Positions 50,571 to 60,291 of a DNA stretch of 64,000 nt are shown here, piece after piece (the stretch's first letter is position 1; every line of letters starts with the position of its first letter). Source of the DNA: Promethearchaeota archaeon (GTDB lineage: Archaea; Asgardarchaeota; Lokiarchaeia; Sigyniarchaeales; SOKP01); the NCBI GenBank assembly GCA_016839705.1, contig JAEOTR010000053.1:1-64000 (forward strand), written 5' to 3'. The notes under the pieces are model-generated. The model made no database searches, was not told the DNA's origin, and was given only the letters and a program-made list of their open reading frames with translations. The position numbers and the translations under genes are program-made.

Positions 50571-52157
50571 CTATAGATATCTTATTGTATTTAACATAAC
50601 CTTGAGCTGATCATAAATTTCCAATCTATATTCAACCCCTAATTTGAAAAACAATAAAGATATCATTTTCTCTTCTAATAATTCATTTACGTCAAATTCT
50701 TCCATTATCAGAGACCAATCACTTTCATCAGAGACGCGAATGCCAATTAATACTACTTTATTTTCTTTCATCTCATTTATGGTTTTTATAACAACATCTC
50801 GCCATGCTGGATCGACATGATCCTTATAACGAGCATCAAAGATACAAAACACGCCGTCAGCATCAGACACTTCAAAATTGTGATAAAGATAATTTTTTAG
50901 AGTAACCCCATTTGAAAATCTGTATAATTTCTCGTCTCTCTCATCTTTAAGTTTCTTACAATCTTCTAAACCGTTGATCTCAGCCAAAATCTGTAGTCCA
51001 GGACTCCAAAATTCATTTTCAGAGATTATTGTTAAAGTTAAAAGAGTATCCATAGGTACACCGATTATTTTCTTTTCCTTCAAGATATTATTTAACTCGT
51101 TCACTAAATCCTGTTTGACAATCTCTTCCTCTTCCTCTTTACTTTTCGATATATAGTGATATGCAATTAAAGTAAACGCGTCCTCAACATTTTCACCTGT
51201 TAGCGCACTCGTTTCAATATAGGATATTGCTATGTTTGGCTTATTCAGTAATTCATTTACTACTTGTACACCATCTTCATAACTAACTTCTCTCTGATCT
51301 CGTAGATCACTTTTATTTCCAATGATAATTATTGGTATTTCTCTTCCCCCAATAAAATCCTCTAATTCTTTATACCATTCTTTTAAACTTTCAAAAGATT
51401 TTCTATTCGTGAGATCAAATACTATAAATGCTGCTTGTGCACCTAAGTAATAGGTTTGTCGAAATCTTCGGAAAAATGTTTGAGCCCCAACATCCCACAG
51501 ACTATAGACGATATTATTGCCATAAAAGTCATAAGAATGACTTAGAATATTTAATCCTATTGTTGCACGATAGTCGTGAGAAAATCTATTTTCTACAAAT
51601 CGTCTAACTAGACTTGTTTTTCCTACTTCATGATCGCCTATTATTATAAATTTGAATCGATATAACCCTCCCTGATCTAATCGCAATTGATATATTTGGT
51701 TTTTTACTCTTTCATTGTAAGCGGTTTCATCTGTTTCATACTCAAAATTAGGAATATTTAGCTGAATACTATCACCTTCTTCAGCATTTAAAATTTGTAC
51801 TGATTTTTCTGCGAGTAAATATGCATAAGGAGATGCTTTATCAACTGATGCTAAATTATTTAGTACAAGGCTCAAAGTTCTACTTTCATCTAAAGAAATA
51901 AATAACAGTCTATAAAATTCTGTATCAAAGCTAGCTGTTCCAAATTTTTTGAAAGCAAACTCATCACGTATCCTTTCTACGATTGGATTTATTATTGATG
52001 TTAAGACTGAGACAATTTCTATATCCACGTCACTTCTTTTTTCACCTGCTATGACTAAACCAAGCCGATCACTCACGATCACCGCCTCTACATCGTCATT
52101 TATTAGCAAAAATTGATTAAAAAGTTCCGTGAAGAGTTTAGTTCGATTTATCAACAA
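50571..52157 (-). CDS. Roadblock + Rab-like small GTPase + degenerate GTPase-like domain (paralog A)
   Basis: VEAVIVSDRLGLVIA; GDHEVGKTS, ATIG, DVGAQ, NKSD, TSAL; colinear with 48863..50422. Confidence 0.88.
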   Translation of the reverse strand: MLINRTKLFTELFNQFLLINDDVEAVIVSDRLGLVIAGEKRSDVDIEIVSVLTSIINPIVERIRDEFAFKKFGTASFDTEFYRLLFISLDESRTLSLVLNNLASVDKASPYAYLLAEKSVQILNAEEGDSIQLNIPNFEYETDETAYNERVKNQIYQLRLDQGGLYRFKFIIIGDHEVGKTSLVRRFVENRFSHDYRATIGLNILSHSYDFYGNNIVYSLWDVGAQTFFRRFRQTYYLGAQAAFIVFDLTNRKSFESLKEWYKELEDFIGGREIPIIIIGNKSDLRDQREVSYEDGVQVVNELLNKPNIAISYIETSALTGENVEDAFTLIAYHYISKSKEEEEEIVKQDLVNELNNILKEKKIIGVPMDTLLTLTIISENEFWSPGLQILAEINGLEDCKKLKDERDEKLYRFSNGVTLKNYLYHNFEVSDADGVFCIFDARYKDHVDPAWRDVVIKTINEMKENKVVLIGIRVSDESDWSLIMEEFDVNELLEEKMISLLFFKLGVEYRLEIYDQLKVMLNTIRYL

Positions 52158-52339
52158 GACTTATGTAACCCTTTATTTATAATATAGTTAAGATAACAAT
52201 AACCGAAGTTTTATTTATTATTTATTAAATCGAAATTTTGTAAAAGCAATACTTTTAAGTTCTTAGCCTATAATTTTAATATAAAAAAACCTATTACTTG
52301 TAAAATTTAATTATTTAGGAAGTTATTAGTGGATATATT

Positions 52340-52921
52340 ATGCCTACTTGCATTGTTTGTCATTTAGAGATAGAAGAAAATCCAAACACTCTTTTCAAGT
52401 GCACTAATGAACATCCAATTCACAGGAAATGCTTAGCTGAATGGTTATTGCATTCACAAAATTGTCCATTATGTACTGAACCCTATTCGCAGAATGTTCT
52501 CAATCAGTTTGAAGATGAGCTTGAACAAAAAGAGCAAGAAAAGCAGGCTGCGATAGACGCTGAAAAAAAGAAAGAGGATTTTAGAAAAGTTGAAGAATTA
52601 GCAAATAGAATTATTTTCTTAAAAGAAATTGAAGAAATTGAACAATTAATTGATGATAACCAATATGAGGACGCAATAGAAAAACTCTTAGTATTATATA
52701 ATGAAGGCTCTTATGATGTAAACGACCAAAAGGTGCTGTTTCTTTTAGGAAAAGCGAATTTTTTGAAAGGACGATTTGACCTTACGATAAATTTCTTATT
52801 CAAACTCGTTAAGCTTAATTTTGAGTATCCTGATGGATTCTTATACCTTGGAAAAGCCTATGAAAAGCTTGGATTGCCCGATAAAGCGAAATGGGCTTTT
52901 GATAGAGCTAAAATAGAATAG
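52340..52921 (+). CDS. RING-H2 finger + coiled coil + TPR protein (putative E3 ligase)
   Basis: C-x2-C-x11-C-x3-H-x2-H-x2-C...W...CPLC; TPR-like LFLLGKANF and FLYLGKAYEKLG. Confidence 0.85.
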   Translation: MPTCIVCHLEIEENPNTLFKCTNEHPIHRKCLAEWLLHSQNCPLCTEPYSQNVLNQFEDELEQKEQEKQAAIDAEKKKEDFRKVEELANRIIFLKEIEEIEQLIDDNQYEDAIEKLLVLYNEGSYDVNDQKVLFLLGKANFLKGRFDLTINFLFKLVKLNFEYPDGFLYLGKAYEKLGLPDKAKWAFDRAKIE

Positions 52922-52940
52922 ATATTTTATAAAAATTTAT

Positions 52941-53768
52941 TTATTTTACTTTTACTAAACTAAGATCGACTTCCACTAATTCTCCCTGTGAATGGTCTGT
53001 AGGTCCATGTCCCTTACCAATTCTTAGACCCTCTGCTTTTTGGATCGCTGCAGTTAAATAGGCTTTTGCTATATGAACTGCTGATTTTATATCGTTTCCT
53101 TTGGCTAATTCAGCTGCGATTGCAGATGCAAAAGTACAGCCTGTACCATGAGTGTTTTTGGTTCTAATACGTGGAGCATGATACTCTATGAAATTCCTTC
53201 CATCATATAGTAAATCAATGGCATTTTTAATATCGGGTAAATGACCACCTTTAATCACAACGTTTTGGGCACCTTGATTATGAATTTTTAGAGCCGCTTC
53301 ACGGGCATCTGTTAAATTTTCAATGTTTAAATTTGTTAATGCTTGAGCTTCATAGTGATTTGGCGTTATAACATATGCAATTGAAACGAGTTCTGAAATT
53401 AATGCTTCAATGGCATCAGGTTTCAATAAATAATCTCCACTTTTAGCAACCATTACAGGATCTATTACTAATAATTCAATATTGTATTTACGAGCTCTAT
53501 CAGCTACTATTCGAATTATCTCTGTATTTGCTAGCATCCCTGTTTTCCATGCATCTGCACCAATATCTATCATTACTGAATCAATTTGCTCCCCAACAAA
53601 ACCAGGATCTATTTCAAAAACACTCTGAACACCCATAGTATTTTGTGCTGTAAGTGCTGTAATTGCGCTCATTCCATAAACCCCCCGGGCAGAAAAAGTT
53701 TTTAAATCTGCTTGAATTCCAGCTCCACCACCAGAATCAGATCCCGCAATAGTGAGTACTTTTTTCAT
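52941..53768 (-). CDS. thiD: Hydroxymethylpyrimidine(-phosphate) kinase
   Basis: VLTIAGSDSGGGAGIQADLKT, DPVM, THGTGCT; start moved to MKKVLT. Confidence 0.95.
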   Translation of the reverse strand: MKKVLTIAGSDSGGGAGIQADLKTFSARGVYGMSAITALTAQNTMGVQSVFEIDPGFVGEQIDSVMIDIGADAWKTGMLANTEIIRIVADRARKYNIELLVIDPVMVAKSGDYLLKPDAIEALISELVSIAYVITPNHYEAQALTNLNIENLTDAREAALKIHNQGAQNVVIKGGHLPDIKNAIDLLYDGRNFIEYHAPRIRTKNTHGTGCTFASAIAAELAKGNDIKSAVHIAKAYLTAAIQKAEGLRIGKGHGPTDHSQGELVEVDLSLVKVK

Positions 53769-53882
53769 TTTCCTTAGTAAATTATACCTTAATTTTATAA
53801 AAAATTTCTTATACTCTTTGTGAAATGCAAGGAAAAACCCCCGTTTTATCAAAATTTAGAGTGTTATTTTGAAGTTTACAAA

Positions 53883-53916
53883 TTTCTGAACAGATTGTTT
53901 CCGTACTGTTCAGAAA
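53883..53916. promoter_or_regulatory. Perfect 11-bp inverted repeat, operator candidate
   Basis: TTTCTGAACAG-N12-CTGTTCAGAAA in the divergent thiD / beta-helix gene interval. Confidence 0.55.
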
Positions 53917-54005
53917 ATAGAATTTTAAAATAGAAGGAATAATTGTATTATGAGAAAATAATTATTTGAAAATTATCTAAAAGTAAATATTTTGGAGAAA
54001 CTTGT

Positions 54006-55193
54006 ATGAAATCAAATACAAAATCAAAAATGATAATTTTAATCACTTTTGGAATCCTTTTCGCTATCGTACTAATGATTATCGTTAATCCAAGCTTTAT
54101 TACAGGCAATACCAAGGTAATTACTTTTGATAAGGAAAAACTAAAAATTTCAGCTGTATCAGGAAAAATTCATATAATCAATAATTCTGGTTGGGTTGAT
54201 TTTAGAAATGCTGGAAATTGTACGGGAAGTGGCACTTATTCTGACCCCTATGTTATAGAAGATTTGGTAATAGATGGTGGCAGTTCTGGAAATTCTATTT
54301 TAATTGAAAATTCCAATGTGTATTTTAAAATCGAAAATTGTACCCTCTATAATGCGGAATGGGGATCAGATGCTGGAATCGGATTATTGAATGTTAATAA
54401 TTCCCAATTAATTGGTAATGATTGTTCATATAGTCAGGTGGGGATAGTATTAGGCGATGGTAGGGATTATGGTGGGGGTTGTGATAACAACACAATAACT
54501 GGAAATATCGTAAATAACAACCGAGGGGGGATGTATTTATTTGATAGTTATAATAATACCATCTCGGGCAACACTGCAAATAACAATACATGGAGTGGGA
54601 TATATTTAGTAGGCAGTAATTCCACTGTCGTTTCGGGAAACACTATGAATGATAATAACATGTGTGGGATAAATATAGGATGGGGTTATAATAACCTTAT
54701 TGTCTCGGGAAACACTATGAACGATAATAACATGCAAGGGTTATGGATGGACGAAAGTTTTAACAATACCATCTCGGGAAATATTATGAATAACAATAAT
54801 TTGAGTGGGATATGCTTAATAGATAGTAATTATAACATCATCTCGGGAAACACCGCAATTTATAATAAGGAATGTGGGATAGTCCTTTTCCACGGCAATT
54901 ATAACACCATTTCAGGTAACACCGCAAATTACAACCAGTGGGGGATAGTTCTTTACAATACCGGTTATAACATCGTTTCAGGAAATAATTTAATAGGAAA
55001 TGATGAATGCATTGTTGAAGTAGATTGTCAAGGGAATGTAATTCAGGATAATGATTGTACACTTACGCCATCATTAAATTACTTTCCAATTATTCTCACT
55101 ATAAGTATCCCAATCGTTGCAGTTTCTGTTTTTATAATATATCAAAATCGAAAAAGATTTAGAAAACCTCAAGAAGACTTAGAGTTCTTATGA
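54006..55193 (+). CDS. Surface NosD/CASH-type parallel beta-helix protein
   Basis: N-terminal TM, GSGT..DPYVIE motif, repeated N.ISGN...NN..GI.L units, C-terminal TM. Confidence 0.85.
   Translation: MKSNTKSKMIILITFGILFAIVLMIIVNPSFITGNTKVITFDKEKLKISAVSGKIHIINNSGWVDFRNAGNCTGSGTYSDPYVIEDLVIDGGSSGNSILIENSNVYFKIENCTLYNAEWGSDAGIGLLNVNNSQLIGNDCSYSQVGIVLGDGRDYGGGCDNNTITGNIVNNNRGGMYLFDSYNNTISGNTANNNTWSGIYLVGSNSTVVSGNTMNDNNMCGINIGWGYNNLIVSGNTMNDNNMQGLWMDESFNNTISGNIMNNNNLSGICLIDSNYNIISGNTAIYNKECGIVLFHGNYNTISGNTANYNQWGIVLYNTGYNIVSGNNLIGNDECIVEVDCQGNVIQDNDCTLTPSLNYFPIILTISIPIVAVSVFIIYQNRKRFRKPQEDLEFL
54540..55000 (+). repeat. Degenerate coding tandem repeat, about 66-72 nt period
   Basis: Recurrent TC(G/A)GG.AA(C/T)A core, e.g. 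TCGGGAAACACTATGAA(T/C)GATAATAACATG twice. Confidence 0.75.
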
Positions 55194-55753
55194 CACCAAG
55201 AAGCAGAAAGTATAAAAGCGAAAGTCTCGCAATAAAATCTATATCCTCGAAATCAAAAAATGAAACCTTATCTGCAATGTCAGATCCTGAAGTAAAATCA
55301 AATGATCTAAAGGATAATAAAAAAAAAGTATTGCAAGGGAAGACTCTCCAAGTCTATTGGTATATTTTAACTCATCATAGCGCGGGAGTAAGGGAAATTC
55401 AGAACGCATTAAAAATGGTGTCTTCTGGAACGGTAGCTTATCAATTAGACAAACTATTGAAGGCAGGGATTATTTCAAAAAACAATGAAGATGGAAAATA
55501 TTATGTGAAGAAAAGTGTAAAAAAAGGTGTATTAGGTTTTTATTTTCGCTTCGGTCCTCTTATGATTCCTCGATATTCTTTATATTTAGTTGTTAACATT
55601 CTGGGTGTTGTCGGATATGTATTTCTTGCATGGACTTATGGTGACATGTTTATTACCAATCCTGCGAGTCTACTCTTTCTGTTTTTTATAATTTTTTGCA
55701 CTTCTGTATTTATTTATGAATCGATAAAGATTTGGCAAAGAAAACCAACTTGA
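55190..55753 (+). CDS. Membrane-anchored winged-helix transcription regulator
   Basis: GVREIQNAL...S.GTVAYQLDKL..AG wHTH followed by two TM helices; ATGA overlap with the upstream gene. Confidence 0.8.
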   Translation: MTPRSRKYKSESLAIKSISSKSKNETLSAMSDPEVKSNDLKDNKKKVLQGKTLQVYWYILTHHSAGVREIQNALKMVSSGTVAYQLDKLLKAGIISKNNEDGKYYVKKSVKKGVLGFYFRFGPLMIPRYSLYLVVNILGVVGYVFLAWTYGDMFITNPASLLFLFFIIFCTSVFIYESIKIWQRKPT

Positions 55754-55806
55754 TTAGCATTAAAATTAGTAGTTGATATTTATGAAAATCGGATCGGATT
55801 TTCAAC

Positions 55807-57126
55807 CTATAAAGTAGAATTTCTTTTACTTTCTAAAGTATCTTTTAATAGTTTTATCGCACAAAATTCTCCACACATACTACATACATCCTCATCATCT
55901 TCAGCACAGCCATTTCGGTAATGAATTTCTCTAGCGAGTTCTGGATCAATTGCTTGTTCAATCATACCTTCCCAGTTAAGATCTTTCCGTGCGAGATCCA
56001 TTTTATAATCCCAATCTGAAACTCGTTTACCATAACGAGCGATATTAACAGCATGGGCGGCAATTTTAGAGGAGATAACACCTCTTTTGACATCCTCCTT
56101 AGTAGGTAATCCTAAATGCTCAGAGGGAGTTACATAACACAAATAATCAGCCCCAGCTAAACCAGCAAGTACTCCTCCTATAGCGCCTACAATATCATCA
56201 TATCCTGGGGCTATGTCAGTAACCAGCGGACCTAATACATAAAATGGTGCTTCATCGCATAAAGATTTCTGCATTTTGATATTTCGTTCAACTTCGTTTG
56301 CGGGAATATGCCCTGGTCCTTCAACCATGACTTGGACATCTGCAGTCCACGCTCGCTTCACTAATTTAGAAATTTCAAGCAATTCTTGAACCTGGGCAAA
56401 ATCAGTAGAATCAAAGATACTTCCCGGTCGCATTCCGTCTCCAAGAGAAAGAGTAAAATCATATTCTTGCGCCATCTCAAGTAGATAATCATATCTTGTA
56501 TTGAAAGGATTTTCCACCTCATTTTCTAAGATCCATGATGCTAAGAATGTTCCACCCCGGGATACAACTCCCATTAATCTGGGGTGTTTGATCAGATAAT
56601 TAATAATCTCTTGAGTGACTCCAACGTGAATAGTGAAGAAATCAACACCTTCCTTAGCTTGTTCTTCCACTACGTTGAACATATCATCTTCATCCATGTG
56701 AATGATTGCCCCTTTGTTCTCAAGAGCTCTTAGTGCTGTCTGATAAATAGGAACTGTACCTAATGGAACTTTAACTTCATCAAGAATCCTTTTTCTAATA
56801 CTAATAATATCGGCTTCTGTAATACCCGTGCTTAAATCCATCACAGTATCGGCCCCAAATTGAACAGCGATTTTAGCTTTTTCTATTTCTTCATCGATAT
56901 TACAATGAGTCTTTGAAGAGCCAACATTAGCATTAATTTTAACTAATAAACCCTTCCCAATTCCTATAGGGAAGTCCATTTCTCGTCGATTTGATTTAGG
57001 AATAACGATTCTACCTTTCTCAATACCCCGTCTTATGAAATCTAATTCAACTTTTTCATTTTGAGAAACAATCTCCATATCTTTAGTAGAATGCCCATTC
57101 CTAGCAGTTCTCATTAATGTAGACAA
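55807..57126 (-). CDS. thiC: Phosphomethylpyrimidine synthase
   Basis: KINANVG, DTVMDLS, VSRGG, SLGDGMRPG, EGPGH, CSMCGEFC. Confidence 0.97.
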   Translation of the reverse strand: MSTLMRTARNGHSTKDMEIVSQNEKVELDFIRRGIEKGRIVIPKSNRREMDFPIGIGKGLLVKINANVGSSKTHCNIDEEIEKAKIAVQFGADTVMDLSTGITEADIISIRKRILDEVKVPLGTVPIYQTALRALENKGAIIHMDEDDMFNVVEEQAKEGVDFFTIHVGVTQEIINYLIKHPRLMGVVSRGGTFLASWILENEVENPFNTRYDYLLEMAQEYDFTLSLGDGMRPGSIFDSTDFAQVQELLEISKLVKRAWTADVQVMVEGPGHIPANEVERNIKMQKSLCDEAPFYVLGPLVTDIAPGYDDIVGAIGGVLAGLAGADYLCYVTPSEHLGLPTKEDVKRGVISSKIAAHAVNIARYGKRVSDWDYKMDLARKDLNWEGMIEQAIDPELAREIHYRNGCAEDDEDVCSMCGEFCAIKLLKDTLESKRNSTL

Positions 57127-57317
57127 TCTGTTATACCTTTATTTCATAAATTCATTCTTATTAGGATAAAATTATCTCTATTAGAGAATAATTATGACAA
57201 AATTATATTCTTTTGTCTTCTGAATTAAAAAAGCATTCGTAAACAAAACTTAAATAGTAGAAAATGGTAGAAATTAAAAAAAATTTGTAAAAAATTTAAA
57301 TCTTTATTATTCTGGAT

Positions 57318-57656
57318 TTATACCTCAGGAGCAGTCATGTTTATTATTTTATAAGCCTCTGTATAATCCATAATGAGTTCAGTTTTATACTTAAAGCCTT
57401 CGATTTCATTTGCAAGAAACATATTTTGTCGAGCAGCCCGTTCCATTGCTTCTTTCTCTTTTCCGTTACCCACTTGTCCTATACCAATCACCATGATATC
57501 TCCAGCTTCAGTTGATGTAACTCCAATACAGAGACTTTTATCTATTGAAGGTTCTGGAGGATTATCCTTGAGCCACTCAATAAATTTCTTTCCTACCTTA
57601 TTACCCTGATTTGGGGGATAATAAGCTCTTGTAAAAATTAATGTTATAATAACCAC
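57318..57656 (-). CDS. Hypothetical protein
   Basis: 112-aa ORF with protein-like alpha/beta pattern. Confidence 0.65.
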   Translation of the reverse strand: MVIITLIFTRAYYPPNQGNKVGKKFIEWLKDNPPEPSIDKSLCIGVTSTEAGDIMVIGIGQVGNGKEKEAMERAARQNMFLANEIEGFKYKTELIMDYTEAYKIINMTAPEV

Positions 57657-57795
57657 CTTTTTTATTCTATTTTATTTATTAAATTAGATTTCGTTGTGAT
57701 TGAAAGTTGACTTTAAAACTATATAAAACTTCACCTTTTTGTTAAAAACTCTTCGAAATCAGAAGTAGGGTTGAAAGGTTTTCTAAATATATCGT

Positions 57796-59205
57796 TTATA
57801 GGTTATGCTTATTTTGAAATTCTCTAAATGTACATATTTTGTCTAAAGCTTTAGCTGCTAGTTCGACAGATTCGAATACAGGAATTCGCATTTTAAATAA
57901 TTCTCGCTTAAAATGAACTTTATTTGCGTAATCACTAGTATCATCGACAATTTTATATGCGATACATATCAGTGGTTTTTTCATTTCTTTATAAGCTCGT
58001 TTAATTGTTTCGAGAAATATGTGATTGAAATCATATGTTTTTATAAAAATTACTGCAGAGATATTAGGATCAGAATCCAAGGTTACCAAGCTCTTAAAAA
58101 ATGTTTCAGGATGTCCCATACTTCCACCAAGATCAAGAGGATTTCGAAATATTGTATTGACATCAGGTACGAATTCTTTAAATTTTGCTACTGTTTCAGG
58201 GGTTAGTTTAGGGACCTTTAAATTGTTCCTTTCAAAGGTATCAGCAGTTTCAATTGAAGCACCACCCCCACCGGTAGTAATCCCCATATTTCTGTTCATT
58301 GGCATACTACTGATATGTTGAAATGTCATTGCTAGATTAATTAATTCATTGGAATCGTTTACCATTAAAGCTCCAGTTTGCTTTGCAACGGCTTCCCATA
58401 TCTTCACTGATCCGGCTAAACCACCAGTATGAGACATGATTGTTTCTCTTGTTGCCTCACCACTTCCTACTTTCCAAAGAATTACCGGTTTTCCCTTAAG
58501 TGTTAATTCATTGACTACTTTTATGAATTTTCTGCCAATTTCTTGACTTTTAATATTTTCGACATAAAGAGCAATGATACTTGTTTCATCATCTTCTAGG
58601 AAATATTCTAAAAAATCGACAAAATTCAAATCAATTTGGTTTCCAATTGAAAGAATTTTACTTGGATTTGTGCCATAAATTGATTGTCCTTTTGCTGCTA
58701 TGTAAATAGCTAAACCTCCAGATTGAAAAATTCCCCCAAAATTACCTGATTCATTACTGAGTAGACCGCGTGAAAAAGAGATTTTATTTTTTGGGACAAA
58801 GATCCCCATACAATTTGGACCAATTACTCGTATATTATATTTTTTTACAACTTCTAAAACTGCTACCTCTAAATGGTGATTCCCAACTTCAGAAAATCCT
58901 GAAGAAAAAATGGTAGCGAACGAAACACCTTTCTTACCACACTCCTCAAGAACAGTTGGAACAATTCTCGCTGGAACGGCAATAATTACATAATCAATAG
59001 GCTCATCATCAGGAATTTCTAAAACAGACCCATGCACAGGAATTTCATCAATAACCTGCCCTTTTAAGCGAGGATTAAATATATATAATGGTTTGTCAAA
59101 ACCAGTATATTTATAAACACTGAGCCAATATCTACCTGCTCGTTTTTCATTAACGCCTATAATTCCGATACCTCGAGGATTAAACAACTTTTCGAAATCA
59201 GTCAT
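57796..59205 (-). CDS. ADP-forming acyl-CoA synthetase, alpha-subunit type
   Basis: SSGFSE, GPNCMG, QSGG, SHTGGLAG, NPLD. Confidence 0.88.
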   Translation of the reverse strand: MTDFEKLFNPRGIGIIGVNEKRAGRYWLSVYKYTGFDKPLYIFNPRLKGQVIDEIPVHGSVLEIPDDEPIDYVIIAVPARIVPTVLEECGKKGVSFATIFSSGFSEVGNHHLEVAVLEVVKKYNIRVIGPNCMGIFVPKNKISFSRGLLSNESGNFGGIFQSGGLAIYIAAKGQSIYGTNPSKILSIGNQIDLNFVDFLEYFLEDDETSIIALYVENIKSQEIGRKFIKVVNELTLKGKPVILWKVGSGEATRETIMSHTGGLAGSVKIWEAVAKQTGALMVNDSNELINLAMTFQHISSMPMNRNMGITTGGGGASIETADTFERNNLKVPKLTPETVAKFKEFVPDVNTIFRNPLDLGGSMGHPETFFKSLVTLDSDPNISAVIFIKTYDFNHIFLETIKRAYKEMKKPLICIAYKIVDDTSDYANKVHFKRELFKMRIPVFESVELAAKALDKICTFREFQNKHNL

Positions 59206-59350
59206 AATGAAATCAATCTAAGTCACTTCAATATTAGATAAATAAAACATCTATAGAAAAATAATTAATTATTGCACAAGTATTTTTTTATTCATAATTA
59301 CTAATAAAAATACTACATTTTGTAGAAAAAAGTAAAGAGGAAAATTTCAA

Positions 59351-60265
59351 ATGGTCAGCGAAGGTATGGAAAGAATAATAAATTTGTTAAAACAACAAGG
59401 TGAACAAGAAACAAAAAAACGAGTTGAAGACAGTCGAAATAATATGGAACAAATGACTTCGATGGAGAAAATTCCAGAAGATGTCAAAATTGAAGAGATT
59501 ACAGTCAGTGGTATCCCTTCAATATGGATAAGTACACCCGAAGTTGTAAAAGAACAAGTTATTTTATATTTACATGGAGGAGGATATGTCCTAGGTTCAA
59601 TAAATACTCATAAAACACTTGGAGCTAAAATTTCACGCTCTTCTAAATCCCGGGTTTTAATGATAAATTACCGACTTGCTCCCGAAAATCCTTATCCGGC
59701 AGCTTTAGAAGATTCAGTTGCTGTCTATCAGTGGCTAATTGATGATGAAGGGATCGATCCAAAAAATATAGTAATCTCTGGAGATTCTGCTGGAGGAGGA
59801 CTAACAGCGGCATCAATTCTAAAAATAAGAGACCTTGGTATCACTTTACCCGCCGGTGGAGTTTTGCTATCACCATGGACTGATTTAGATGGCACTGGTG
59901 ATTCAGTTAGAACTAAAAGAAGAATAGATCCATATTTAGATGCAAGTGGGCTCTTTTTTATGGCTAACTTATATATTGGGGATGAAGACCCTAAAAATCC
60001 TTACATATCACCGTTATATGCAGATCTAAAGGGAATACCACCCCTATTAATACAAGTGGGTACTGCTGAAATAATACTTGATGACTCTACACGATTTGCA
60101 GAAAAAGCAAAATCCGCTGGTGTGGATGTGACGCTAGACGTTTGGGAGGACATGATCCATGTTTTTCAAGCATTTGCTTTTTGGGCTCCTGAAGGTAAGC
60201 AAGCAATTGAAAAAATCGGTGAATTTATTCAAAAATTAATGAAAAAACAAGTACAAATAATCTAG
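59351..60265 (+). CDS. Hormone-sensitive-lipase family esterase
   Basis: HGGG, YRLAPE, GDSAGG, HVF. Confidence 0.93.
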   Translation: MVSEGMERIINLLKQQGEQETKKRVEDSRNNMEQMTSMEKIPEDVKIEEITVSGIPSIWISTPEVVKEQVILYLHGGGYVLGSINTHKTLGAKISRSSKSRVLMINYRLAPENPYPAALEDSVAVYQWLIDDEGIDPKNIVISGDSAGGGLTAASILKIRDLGITLPAGGVLLSPWTDLDGTGDSVRTKRRIDPYLDASGLFFMANLYIGDEDPKNPYISPLYADLKGIPPLLIQVGTAEIILDDSTRFAEKAKSAGVDVTLDVWEDMIHVFQAFAFWAPEGKQAIEKIGEFIQKLMKKQVQII

Positions 60266-60291
60266 ATTTAACCTTTTTTTTAATAATTAAC

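Noticed and set aside
54540-55000. CRISPR-like periodic repeats
   Set aside because: In-frame degenerate coding repeats of a beta-helix; no cas genes.
57127-57317. TPP riboswitch upstream of thiC
   Set aside because: Very AT-rich, with no TPP aptamer core motifs visible on the coding strand.
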